Shown here: positions 1-15,737 of the stretch, piece after piece | Layout of the letters: each line of letters opens with the position of its first letter | How positions within the stretch are numbered: the first letter of the stretch is position 1 | Assembly (NCBI RefSeq): GCF_009914755.1 | Contig: NC_060939.1 | DNA length: 64,000 bases | Reading direction: 5' to 3' (one strand) | From: the human T2T-CHM13v2.0 reference genome, Homo sapiens | The notes under the pieces: model-generated | Seen by the model: only the letters and a program-made list of their open reading frames with translations | The model's database searches: none | What the model was told of the DNA's origin: nothing | Made by a program: the position numbers and the translations under genes

Positions 1-193
1 ACAATAAATGAGAGTTCCTGTTGCTCCCCCTCTTCATCAGCAATTGGTGGTGTCAGTGTTCTGGATTTTGGCCATTCTGATAGGTGTGCAGTGGTAGCTC
101 ACTGTTGTTGTAATTTGCATTTCCCTGACGACATGTGATGTTGAGTATTTTTTCATGTGCCTATTTGCCACCTGTACCTCTTCCTTGGTGAGG
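1..193 (-). mobile_element. L1M ORF2 C-terminal fragment
   Basis: Minus-strand translation KEEVQVANRHMKKYSTSHVVREMQITTTVSYHCTPIRMAKI resembles L1 ORF2 [39 protein letters not shown]. Confidence 0.85.
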
Positions 194-620
194 GACATAG
201 TGTGTCTTTTATTGCTGGCTGATTTTGAGATGTTCTCTTTATCACAGGTTTTTAGCAATTTGAATATAATGACATTGCCCATGATGCTTTTTGCATTAAT
301 TCTTCTTAGGTTTCAATGCATTCTTTAGAATAGTGTGTTTATATTTTTCATCAAATGCAGAACATTTTCAGTTATCGTTTCTCCATACATTTTCTCTGCC
401 CTTGACCCCTTCTAGGACTGCAATTAGAGATAAGTTACACCCCTTGACATTGTTCATCTTTAGAGATGTTACACTCCTTAACAAGTTCATTTTTTTCCAG
501 TCATTTCCCTCTCTGTGCTTTAGCTTGGATAGTTCGAGTACCTTGTCTTCCATTTTACTGCCTTTCCTTTTGTCACATCACATTTTCTGTTAAGCCTATC
601 TGGTGTTTTTTCAGACTTAC
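194..620 (-). mobile_element. Old L1 (L1ME-like) ORF1 fragment
   Basis: Minus-strand peptide MEDKVLELSK...NNVKGCNLSLIAVLEG resembles degenerate L1 ORF1 (..DNIKRSNIRIIGVPEG..). Confidence 0.6.
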
Positions 621-669
621 ATTATTTTTTAAAATTAACGTACAGTACAATAAACTTTTTTTTTTGGTG

Positions 670-2530
<1,861 letters not shown>

Positions 2531-2789
2531 GAAAAAATCATTTGGCCATTTTCATGTGAGTCTATTTCTGACTCTAATCTATTTTATTGGCCTATGTTTC
2601 TGTCCCTTCACCAATATCATACTGTCTTCATTGTTGTAGCTATAATACATAGTAAGTCTTAAAACTGGGTAGTGTGAATCCTTGATCTTTATTCTTCTTT
2701 TCTAAAATTGTTTAACTATTCAAACATCTTTTGCTTTCAATATAAATTTTAGAGTTATATTGTCTATGTATATAAGTATTGCTGATTTT

Positions 2790-3075
2790 TAAAAATTTTT
2801 AATGTTTAATTTTTATGGGTACATGGTAGGTGTAGATATGTATGGGGTACATGAGATATTTTGATACTGGCATACAATGCATAATAATTACAGAGTAAAT
2901 GAGGTATCCATCATCTAAAGTATTTATCATGTCTTTGTTCTGTAAATAATCCAATTATACTTTGATTTTTAAATGTACAATAAATTATTGTTGACTGTAG
3001 TCACCCTGTTGTGCTATCAAATACTAGATCTTATTCATTCTAACTTTATTTTTGTACCCATTAACCATCCCCATT
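2790..3075 (-). mobile_element. L1MA 3'-end fragment nested in older L1
   Basis: tttttatgggtacat...ggggtacatgagatattttgatac...gtcaccctgttgtgctatcaaatactagatcttattcattc is characteristic of the L1MA 3' UTR. Confidence 0.8.
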
Positions 3076-4584
3076 GTTGGGATTTTGATTGAAATTGTGT
3101 TGAGTCTAGAGATCAATCTGGGAGAAAACTGACATATAAAATATATTGTCTTCCAATCCATGAACAAAGCATGTTTCTTTATTTATTCAGGGCTTCTTTT
3201 ATTTCTTTCGTCAATATTTTGTAGTTTTCTGCATATAGATCTCAACCACGTTTTGTTATATTTATCATAAATGTTTCATTTTTTGAAACTATATGTGATT
3301 TTTAAAAAATTTGTGGTTAAACAATTTTTTAAGAGTTCAATTTTATTTATTTTTTCATGTGTTTCAAAGTCATTCACGTGATCCAAAATCCTAAATGTAC
3401 AAAAGAAATTTGTACACTGAATTCTTTCTTTCTTCCCAGTCTCTCAATCATCCAGTTTCCCCACAAGCCGCAGTGTTAGCATTTTCTTGGACAAACCCAT
3501 AGTTATATTTTATGCATATCTCATGCTCTTCCCTCTATCTTATTTCTCTAATAGTTCACTATATTCACTGTGATACCTCAGTGTAGTTAAAATTTCATCT
3601 CTCTTATTGTAAATGAGGTTGATTATACTTTCTGAAGCTTTAAGAGATATTTGTATTACATTTTGGTTTCTAAATGTACATTGCTAGTAAATAGAAATAC
3701 AATTGACTTTTACATGTTGACCTTTTATCCTGAAACCCTGCAAGGCTCATCAATTAATTCCAAAATCTTTTGTGTAGATTCATTAGAATTTTCCTCATAG
3801 GCAGCTACCAGTGAATAGGAACAGCTCATTTTTCTTATAAAATTGGTGTGCTTTTATTTCTTTTTCTCACCTAATTGCACTTGCCAATACTTCCAATACA
3901 ATATTAAATAGGGGTGATGAGACCAGACATCTTTGCCTTGTTCCTGATTTTAGGGAGATGCATTCAGTAATTTACCATCATAGATGTCCTTGATTATATT
4001 AAGGATTTTCCCCACTATTCCTAGTTTGTGCAAAGTTTTTTTTAAATCATGAATGGATGTTGAAATTTTTCAATACTTTCTGCATGAATTGACATTATCA
4101 TATGGCTTTTCTTCTTTAGTATGCTAACATTGTGAATTATATTGACTAATTTTCAAATATTGAACCAGCCTTGCATTCATGGGATAAACCCCATTTAGGT
4201 ATAAGGTATTTTAAAAAATATATTTCTGGATTCTATTTGAGAACATTTTGTTGAGGTTGTTTGTGTCTCTGTTCATGCAGGATATTGGTTTGTAGTTTTC
4301 TTTTCCTGCACTGTTCCCTGGTTTTAGTATCAGAGTAGTGATGGCTTCATAAGTTGAGTAGAGAAGTGTTTCCTCCTATTTTATTTTTCTGGAAGAGATT
4401 GTGTCAAATTGGTGTTATTTCTTCTGTAAGTGTTTGGTGGAATTCACCAATGAGCCTAGAAATTTCTGTTCCAAAACAATTTTAATTGCAAATTTAATTT
4501 CTTCAAATGACATAGGACCATTCAGGTTGTCTGTTTCTCCCTGGGTGGGTTTTGGTAGTTTGTAGCTTTTAAAGAGTTGGTTCA

Positions 4585-4882
<298 letters not shown>

Positions 4883-6271
4883 TCATCTAAAATTTAAAAT
4901 ATAGGTACATACATAAATTTGTACATGGAACTCCCTTATTATCTGTTTAATGTTTATGGTGTGTAGTGATATCCCTTCTTTGCTGATATAGGTAGTTTTT
5001 ATCTTTTTTCTTTTTTCTTCATCAGCCTGACTAGAAGTTAGCTAATTGTACTGATCTTTTCAAAGAACAATTATTCTGTTTCATTTATTTTCTCTATTAT
5101 TTTTCTGCCTCCGCTGATTTCTTCTCTCATTTTTATTGTTTCCTTCCTTCTTCTTGTTTTGGGTGTATTATGCTTTCCTTTGTTTACTTGATTAAGGTAG
5201 AAGTTTAGATTTAATAATTTTGAATTATTTCTTTTTTTCTAATAAAAACATTAAGTGATAAAAAAATTTTCTAGCCAATGCTTTAGCTATACCCTCAAAT
5301 TTGGATATATTTTCAATTACATTTAGTCAAAAATATTTTCTAATTCCTCTTGAGACTTCTTGTCCAACGAGTTATTTCGATGTGTTAATTTACAAGTGTT
5401 TGCTGACTTCCCACTTATTTTTCTGTTACTGATTTCTAGTTTAACTTCATTATTGTCAGAGAACATACTTTGAATTATTTAAATTTTTAAAAATTAGTTA
5501 AGGTTATTTTATGATGCAAGATATAATCCATCTTGTTAGATATTCCACATGTACTTGAAAAGAAAAAATTTGTGCTCTGCTATTGTCAGATGGAGTATTC
5601 TAAAAGTGTCAACTGGATTCTTTTGGTAGATGGTGTTGTTCAGGTCTTCCAAATCCTTACTGATTTTCAGTTTACTTCTTCTATTGGTAATTGAGAGAAA
5701 GGTATTAAAGTTTCAAACTATAATTGTGAGTGTTTCTATTTCTTCTTACAGTTTTGTCAGCTTTTGCTTCATTTATTTTGAAGCTCCATTGTTAGCTGTA
5801 TACATATTTAGGACTTTTATGTGTTCTTAGTGAATAGACCTTTATATCATTGCTCTGATGTCTACTTTTTCTAATATTTATATACCCACTCCAACCTATT
5901 TGTATGGTATATCATTTTGCATCCTTTTACCTTTATCTTATCCATATAATAATATTCTAAATGGGTTTCTTATAGACAGCATACAATTGGTTCTTGTTTT
6001 CTAATTCCATTCTTATAATCTCTCTCCTTTAATTTGTATGTTTAAACACTTATATTTAATGTAATTTTTGAAGTTTGGGTTTAGATCTACAATTTCTTTG
6101 TTGGTTTTCTATTTGTTCCTTGATTTTTTTATTCTGGTATTTTCCCCTCCCTTCCTTTATTTGGATTATTTAAATATGTTTAGTATTTAATTTATATTTA
6201 ATTCTTCAGATTTTTAAATGATATCTCTGTACTTTCTTAAGTGATTGCACTGTGGATTACAATATTCATTG

Positions 6272-6272
<1 letters not shown>

Positions 6273-6317
<45 letters not shown>
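6273..6317. repeat. (TA)n microsatellite, ~22 units
   Basis: Perfect TA run. Confidence 0.98.
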
Positions 6318-6319
<2 letters not shown>

Positions 6320-6371
6320 TTTTTGTAATCTACATAGAATTAGTATTTTACCACTTTAGGTGGAATTTTAA

Positions 6372-6719
<348 letters not shown>

Positions 6720-7318
6720 TAGTTGCCATATATGATACATGTGTGATACTACCCCCAGTGAAAATCACATCAGTGTTATACTTTGACATTAAATGGTCAT
6801 ACATATTTTAATGAATTTAAGAGGATAAAGATAGTGTGTTATATTTACCCATATATTTGCCATTTCTGTTTTTCTTCTTAAATTCCCAATGTTTCAAGTT
6901 TGCCTCTGGTGTCATTTTCCTCCTATCTAAAAAAAACTTCCTTTAGATTTTTTTTTTCTTAAAGGAGATCTACTGGCAATGAATTTTCTTAATTTTCCTT
7001 CATCTTACAATATATTTATACCATTTTCATTTCTAAGGAATATTTTCACTGGACAGAAAACTCTGGGCAGACAGTTTTGGGTTTTTTTTTCAGTATTTTT
7101 TAAATGCTGTGCCACTTTCTTCTATCCTCTGTAATTTCTGATGAGAAATCCATCATCATACAAATACTTGATCCCCTGTTTAATGTTTCATTTCTGTTTG
7201 GCTGCTTTCAAGATTCTTTTCTTTGTCGTTGTATTTAGCAGTTGATTATCCTGTGTCTGTTCATTAATTTGTTTAAGTTTATCTTGTTTGGGATGCACTG
7301 AGCTTCTTGAATGTGTAA

Positions 7319-7897
<579 letters not shown>

Positions 7898-9870
7898 TCA
7901 GCTGGTATTTCTTCACATATTATATCAGTACCACAGTCTTTCTCTTCTCCTTCTGTGTTTCAATAATACAAACATTAGATCATTTCATGTTATTCCATAG
8001 GTTCCTGATGCTCTGTACATTGATTTTCTTTCTTTCTGCTATTCAATTTCTATTGCTCTAGCTTCAACTTTACTGACTTTTTCCTCTGCTCTCCATTCTG
8101 TTATTGAGTCCATCCAGGGAATTTTTAATTTCACTTGTTGCAGCTTTACGTTCTAAAATTTTCATTTGTTTCTTGTTTGTATTTTCTATTTCTTTGCTAA
8201 GATTTTCAATCCTTTCATCTCAAAAGTTTCCCTTTAGGTATTGCAGCATGGCTACAATAGCTGCTTTAAGTCTTTAAAAATTCCAACATGTGTCATTTTA
8301 GGGTTGATGCCTTTTGATTGTCTTTTTCCTTTTAGTTTGAGATTTTTCTGGTTCTTTAAATACAAGGCATTTTGGGTTGTATCCTGGACATTTTGGATAT
8401 TATGTTATAAGGCTCTGTGTCTTATTTAAATCCCAAAGAGAATGTTGACATTTTTGTTTTAATACACAATTGACCTGATTAGGTTTGGGCTACAGGTTCT
8501 GACCCACCACCTGTGGGCTGTGGTTCCAATGTCAATTCAGTTTTCAAAGGCTTTGCAATAATACTATGTGACTCTGCTCTGCCTGTGCATTCTCCATGGG
8601 CTTGTCTGGGACCTGGGGTTGTGGTCTACCTGTAAGCTCAATTCTCAAAGCCTGTGGTGTGCTATGAGGAACAGATCCATGCCGACGCAGCTCAGAAGTG
8701 AGCCTAGAAATTCATACACAATTCTATGGGCTTTCTCTCTTGAGACCTTTTCTTTCCATTATCTCCTCTGGAGCCTCCCTTTCTCAACCTGTGGCCAGAA
8801 AGGCCAGGCTTTAGTTTCTCACTCTGCTACACGCTTCCCACAACTGTGACTGCATCCAGAGCCAATCTGTGGGAGGATCCAGGGAGAGAAAAAACAATGA
8901 CACTTTGTCTTACACTCCTGGTACCATGGCTCTTCTGGTCAGAGAGAAGGATTCCTGTCCATTAGAGTTTTAGGCACCCTTCCAACAGCCACTGCCCTTG
9001 TCACCCCTGCTGCTGTGGGATTGCTTGAGGCTGGGAGGGAGAGGACAGAAAAATAACCAGGGTATTCCTCTCACTCTCTGACTCTCAGGATTCCCCTTTC
9101 CTGCTCTTTTAGCAGAAAGAGAAGGCTTCTCTTGGAGTGCTCTTTGTCCACACCCATTGTGCCCTCCCAGGTTTTGGGGGAAGGGGCTTTGAGTCCAGGC
9201 TGGGTAATACTGGAGGAAAAGTACATGGGAAATACATCACTAATTTGGTGGCCCCCCGGCTTCTGGCCTCATTCCCCTGTCAGCTTACCATTGCTTTTTC
9301 AGAGTTCTCAGGCGGCTGCCCCTTGCCTTCTGTCCAGGAAGCATCATTTCACTCAGTGGAAAGGCAGATGAAAGGTGCTTATTTCTTCTCGCCCAGATCA
9401 GGAGCCTACCTCCATCTAGTCAATTTTTCATTTCAGATAGGGTATTTTTCCAGCTCTAGAGTTTCCTTTTTTTTTCTTTTTGTGATTTCAATGTCTCCCC
9501 TTGTTATGTTTGCATTTTTTAAAAAAATCCTTGAATATATCTATAATAGTTGTTTTAAAGTCCATGATTACTAATTCTATCACCTCTGCTTTTTCTTGGT
9601 CTGTTATTATTGATTCTTTTTTTTGTTTGTTTGTTTTGGGTTACATTTTCCTGCCTTTTGCATGTCTAATAATTTTTATGGAATGCTGGACTTGAGAAAA
9701 TTGCGTTATTGAATATCTGGATTTTGTTGTCTTCCTTTAGAGAGTGTTGCACTTTGTTCCGATAGGCACTTAATTCCTTTGTGCATCAACTTGAAACTTT
9801 CAAGATTTGTTTTAAAACTTTGTTAGGGCTTTATCTAGGGTCATTTCTTTCTGTGTTCTCTATTGAACTA

Positions 9871-10266
9871 CAGGCACATGCCACTATAGAAGGGGGATAC
9901 ATTCTGAGAAATGCATTATTGGGCAATTGTGTTGTGCAAACAACATAGAGTGTTGAGTGTGCTTACGCAAACCTAGATGGTATAGCTTGCTACACACCTA
10001 AGTTATGTGGTACAGCCTATTGCTCCTAGGCTACAAACCTGTGCAACGTGCTGCTGAATACTGTAGGCAACTGTGACACAATGGTAAATATTTGTGTATC
10101 TAGACATATCTAAACATAGGAAAGGTAATGTGTTGTATTATAATGTCACATGGCTACGATGTCACTAGGTGAGAGGAATTTTTTAGCCCCATTATAATCT
10201 TATGGGACTCCTGTCATATATGTGATCCATCGTTGGCCAAAAATATCGTTATGTAGTGCATGACTG
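9871..10266 (-). mobile_element. Tigger3/MER7 DNA transposon (TcMar-Tigger MITE)
   Basis: Ends CAGGCAC.. and ..cgttatgtagtgcatgactg flanked by TA; internal acacctaagttatgtggtacagcctattgctcctaggctacaaacctg; homologous to 53583-53921. Confidence 0.85.
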
Positions 10267-10483
10267 TAATTTGGTGTTCAGTGAGGACTCTCTCCTCTGG
10301 CTGGCCAGAACTTGAGGGCCTCCCAACCTGTGTGAGCTCTGGTTACTGCAATGTCTACAGCTGCCTATACCTGTGCATTGTGGTTGTATGCCCAGCCCCA
10401 TGGATTCTTGCCCTATATAGGTACACATCTGTGTTCATCTGAGACTCAGGGTGACCCCATGCAGATTCATGAACCCCTTTTTC

Positions 10484-10792
10484 TTTTTTGTTTCTTTTTT
10501 TTTTTTTTTGAGATGGAGTCTAGCTCTGTTGCCAAGGCTGGAGTGTAATTGGCATGATCTCAGCTCACTGCAACCTCTGCCTCCTGGGTTCAAGTAATTC
10601 TCCTGCCTCAGCCTCCCGAGTAGCTGGGACTACAGGCACTCACCACCATGCCTGGCTAATTTTTGTAATTTTAGTAGAGATGGGGTTTCGCCATGTTGGC
10701 CAGGCTGGTCTTGAACTGCTGACCTCAAGTGATTCACCCACCTTGGCCTCCCAGAGTGCTGGGATTACAGGCAGAAGCCACCATGCCTGGCC
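10484..10792 (-). mobile_element. AluS
   Basis: Antisense dimer; TSD atgaRcccctttttc at 10469-10483 and 10794-10808. Confidence 0.96.
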
Positions 10793-11174
10793 TATGAGCC
10801 CCTTTTTCTGCCTCCTCAAACTCCAGTTGCAGTTTCCTCAGCTCGGCAAGACCACTGTTCTCTGCTGGATCCCCTCTCTGTCCCAGGGCTGGGAAATGCC
10901 TGCAGGCAAGAAGCCAGGTCGATTGTAGGGCTCATGCTCTCTGCCTAGCTGCTCTGAGGGATCATGTGCCTGCACTGCCTGTTATTTGCAAATAGTTTTT
11001 TCATATATTTTGTCTGGTTTCCAACTTGTTTGCAGCAGGAAGGCTAGTGTGATGCCAGTGCTCTGTCTTAACTGGAAGTGAAAGTCTGCTTATTTTAATC
11101 AGAATTATTGAATTATTGGACTGCTTTGACAGCATGTAGACAAAGCTCTAAGTTGCTTTTTAAATATGTTACCT

Positions 11175-11358
11175 GGTGGAGCATGATGACTCATACCTGT
11201 AATCCCAGCACTTTGGGAGGCTGAGCAGGGAGGATCACTTGGGAGGATCACTTGAGCCCAGGAGTTCAAGGTTAGAGTGAGCTATGATTGTACCACTGTA
11301 CTCCAGTCTGGGTGGCAGAGTGAGACCCTGTCTATAAAAAAAAATACATAAAATTAAA
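11175..11358 (+). mobile_element. Alu monomer (FAM/FRAM-like) with internal 13-bp tandem duplication
   Basis: Single monomer with A tail; TSD ATGTTACCTG; GGGAGGATCACTT repeated twice. Confidence 0.85.
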
Positions 11359-12413
11359 ATGTTACCTGATAAAAGAGATAGCCTAAGAAATTTAATTGAA
11401 ATAAATATTGTACAGCCTGATTGCATTTTCAGACTTCTGACACAGTCCCGTGAAACTGTCTTAGGGAGATCCAGGGAAGCCTGTTTCTTAGAAAAAGGCT
11501 GCCATACTCTAAGAAGCAGCTCTATGATAATATTTGCAAAGCAATTAAACACAAACTTGTACTCCTGATTGTTACTGCAAAAGTAATACCTATCCATCAT
11601 TGAAAATTTAGAATGTAATGGCAAGTCCCCCAAAAGAATCACCCATAGTCCCCATCAGTTAGCACTTGTCACTCTTTTTATTGTAGCACTAAACATGTAT
11701 ACTCTGTTGTCAATATATCCACACAAATAGTCTTGTATGAAAAAATTAGCTCATAATGTATGACTTCTATAAATGCTATGTTTGGGTCTCCCTAGCAGGG
11801 TGGATCTGATGGAAGAATTAGGGAGGTTGTTGATGATGCAAATTTACAAGCCAGTTATTTGCTGCACTGACCCGAAGTAGGCGGGTTGTTGCATGTGGAT
11901 GGTGGCAGGATGGATGTGGGATGGACGAGTTCACTGAGAAGCCTCCGAGGGCTGTGGCTGCTGGGATGGCAGGGGAGTGTCCCTTGTTTCCCCTGGACAT
12001 GCAGTGAGGCACAGGGAGAATCGATGCACGGGGAGAATCGATCCACGATAGGACCAGCCCCACCCCTCCTTCCCCCTAGGAGGTGGGATGGCAGACAGAG
12101 ACACTTACAGACCATCTGTCCCAATAGTCCATAGAAGCCTTCTGGAGTCACAAATTTGCTGTAAGTTTATCTTCATTTAAAAAAATTATGTTGTAAACCA
12201 GAATTAAATAAAAGACACCAATTCAAGAAAGCTATATTGTGGAAATAATTTTTTTAAAGGCAAGTTATAAAAAGACAGGATAATTGTATTAAGAAACTTG
12301 AGACAAAGCCTTGTTGCTGTGAATAAGCTTAATTATTTAAATTTGACCTTCTTGGCAGTCAAGGCAAAAAAAAAGGAAAATAAAGAACATTTATAAAGCG
12401 CTTGCTATCTAAC

Positions 12414-12734
12414 ACAGTTCCGTGATTCTTTATTAGAAACCCTTGGGGGTGGATGCTTTTCTGATTCAGAACATTTGGATTTTAGACCAGTAATAAACTG
12501 CATATGTATGTTAAGTAACATGCTAACAGGATCGGGGTGGCAACTCATGACCAAGCACATTCATACATTTTTGCTGTGAAACATGCAAATATTCACACTA
12601 AGACTTTAACTATCCTTATATCTGACCAGGTCAGGTTTTGCCACCAAATGAGTTTGCCACAAACTTATGGAAAAAGTCTTGGTTTTCAGGAATATTTAGA
12701 TTTTGGAACTGTGAGTTAGAGACTGCAGACCTGT
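12414..12734 (-). mobile_element. MER46C-like Tigger-family DNA element
   Basis: ggtcaggttttgccaccaaatgagtt...ggttttcagg...gattttggaact...cagacctgta resembles recalled MER46C consensus; ends at TA. Confidence 0.6.
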
Positions 12735-13959
12735 AATAGAAGCTGTTAATTAATCTCTAGGGAGGGAGAAATGTTTTCCTACTTCACAAATCTAATACCA
12801 TGTGGACTTTAAAGATATTGCACAACAAAAGGAGCAGGTTCACAGTGGATGTTTTACAAAAAAAATGCATTGTGTCAACAAACTCAACTGAACTCTATTG
12901 GACGGGCATCTGGCCTGCCACCAGGACGCCGGGAGGGGCAGGAGAGGGCAGGACGCAGCCCTGGATGCGGGATGACCTTTGCCTTTCAGGTACACATTGG
13001 CGGGTGGTGTTCTGCCTCAGGGGGCCAGAGCACAAAGGCAGCAGGGATTGAGTCCTGGGAGGAGGCCAGGGACTGAATCAGACGAGGCTCTGCAGGGCAG
13101 TGCCAGGTGTAGGGTGTTTGTTTGGCTGCAAGTGACAAAGACCCAGGCTCAAGCTGGAGGAGCAACAGGGACTGAGGATCTTGTAGCAGAAAGTGCAGAG
13201 GCAGGGTGGCAGTGGGCACCCTATGCCAGGCTCCAGGGTGTCTCCCTGAGTGTGGCCCTCCTCCGGGTGTGGCCTCACCCTTGGCTGGTAAAAGATGTGA
13301 TATCCTGACAATGGCAAAAGTCCAGTGGAACATGCTAGACTATTTCTTCCTGTGGGTCTCTTTTATCAGAGAGGAAACCTTAGCCAGGAATTCCCAGCCG
13401 ACTTTTGTTTATGTCTCATCAGCAGGACAGGGTCCTCAGCCCCTCTCAGCAAGTGGGGAGAGAGTCAAACAGCTGGTAGTGGCCAGCCAGGACGGTCCCC
13501 ACATCACTGGCAGGGAGGAGGGGGCACATCAAGGTGAGCCTCAAATAGTGGGGAAACGGGGGTCACAGCCAATGGGCCGGCCACCCATTGAGCTCACCAG
13601 GGTTGGGGAGAAGGGTATGCGGGGATAAGACAGAGCTAGTGGGAAGTCAGCCTTAAAACCCTGGGGTGGGTTGCAAGGACATGGGTGATGACAACCAAGA
13701 GAAGTCCTAGGCCTTGAGCTCGTGGGGAAAGGGGCCAAAAGGGCCTGGGTGAGTCTGGTCAGAGCTGCTCCTTCAGCATGGAGAGGCTTGGGAAAGCAGT
13801 GGGTTTGGGACTAGCGGAAGTGAGGGGCTGAGCCCCAGCTCGGGCAGTGATACGGGGGCCAGATCAAGGCACCTTTCAGGGCTGCAGGGCTGAGCGCACC
13901 CCAAAGCCCACCTGCTCCACACCTGTGCAGGAAGGGCAAGCCATGTGTCTTCTGTACCT

Positions 13960-14777
13960 GTGTGCACCACTCCAGTCTCTGGAAGTGTGGGTTGCTTCTC
14001 CCACACCAAGCAATGCAGTTCTCTACAAATGCCAAACAGGTGTCCTACAGTGTAACTCAATTCTGACTCAATCTACTTTGATAGCATCAGACCCCACAGG
14101 TTAAGGGCTGGGCTCAGTCCCAGAGAGCTGCCCCGCCCCGTCACATGCTGATTGCAGGTCCAGGTTGTCACTTGTGTTTCTGACAAACAGGCTGTAAATC
14201 AGGGGTTCCCGGGACTCCCTCCCTGGGTTCAGTCATTTACTAGAATGGCTCACAGAACTCAGGGAAACACTTTACTTACGTTTACCGGTTTATTTTAAAG
14301 GATCTTATAAAAGATACAGATAAACTGCCAGATGGAAGACATGCACAGGTGGTCAGCGTGGAAAGGGGTGGGAGCTTCCGGGCCTCTCTACGTGCCACCC
14401 TCCCAGCCCCTCTGTGTGTTCAGCATAGGGTTCTCCCAACCTGTCATTTCAGGTTTTTATGGAAGCTCCATTACATAGACTGATTGATTACATCACTGGC
14501 CATTGGTGATCAAGTTGACCTTCAGCTCTTCTCCCCTCTCTGAAGGCGGGTAGTGGAGCTGAAATCCCAACCCTCTGATTATTGGTTGGTTCCCCTGGCA
14601 ACCAACCCCGCTCCTGATTCTACCCAGGAGTCCCTAGCCACCAGTCCCTCCCATGAGCACACAAAAAGACACTTATGGCTTTGGAGATTCAAGAGTTTTA
14701 GAAGCCATGTGGCAGGAAAGAGGGTGGGGAGACCACAAAGGCCAAATGCATATTCCTCATTATAGCGCAATGTCACA
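13960..14777. mobile_element. MER21-family LTR
   Basis: Diagnostic blocks gcatcagaccccacaggttaagggct and ctagaatggctcacagaactcagggaaacactttacttacgtttaccggtttatt; terminus caatgtcaca. Confidence 0.8.
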
Positions 14778-15166
14778 ATGTCCTGGTGTAGGAAAGTGAT
14801 GGGTTCAGCTACCGCACTGCTGATGGGATACCTTCTATCCGTTTACCTTGACAGCTAAGTCTTCACAATGACCGCAAGGCCAGCCTCAAGTGTAGGATCC
14901 TGGAATCCGTTCTGCACAGAAGTGTGGCCTAGGCCCCGCCGGTTCCCCTCGTCTCCCACTCCTTGCCCATCCCACAGTCCCGCTAGCCCAGCCCAGCCGA
15001 GCCCAGCCCAGCCCACATGGGGATTATCACTGGAAACAGCTGCCCCTTCTGGCGCAAGGCCCACAGCTGTGCACCCCTATCAGGAAGAGACCCGGGGAGA
15101 CCCATGAGGCCCAGGTGGAGGTGTCTGGGGGGAATTCTAGGCCCCAGGGCCAGCTGCATGGTCTAG

Positions 15167-15737
<571 letters not shown>

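Larger units (their letters stand above)
9400..11090 (-). mobile_element. Old L1 (L1ME-like) 5'/ORF1-region fragments
   Basis: T-rich degenerate L1-like sequence, interrupted by Tigger3 and Alu. Confidence 0.5.
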
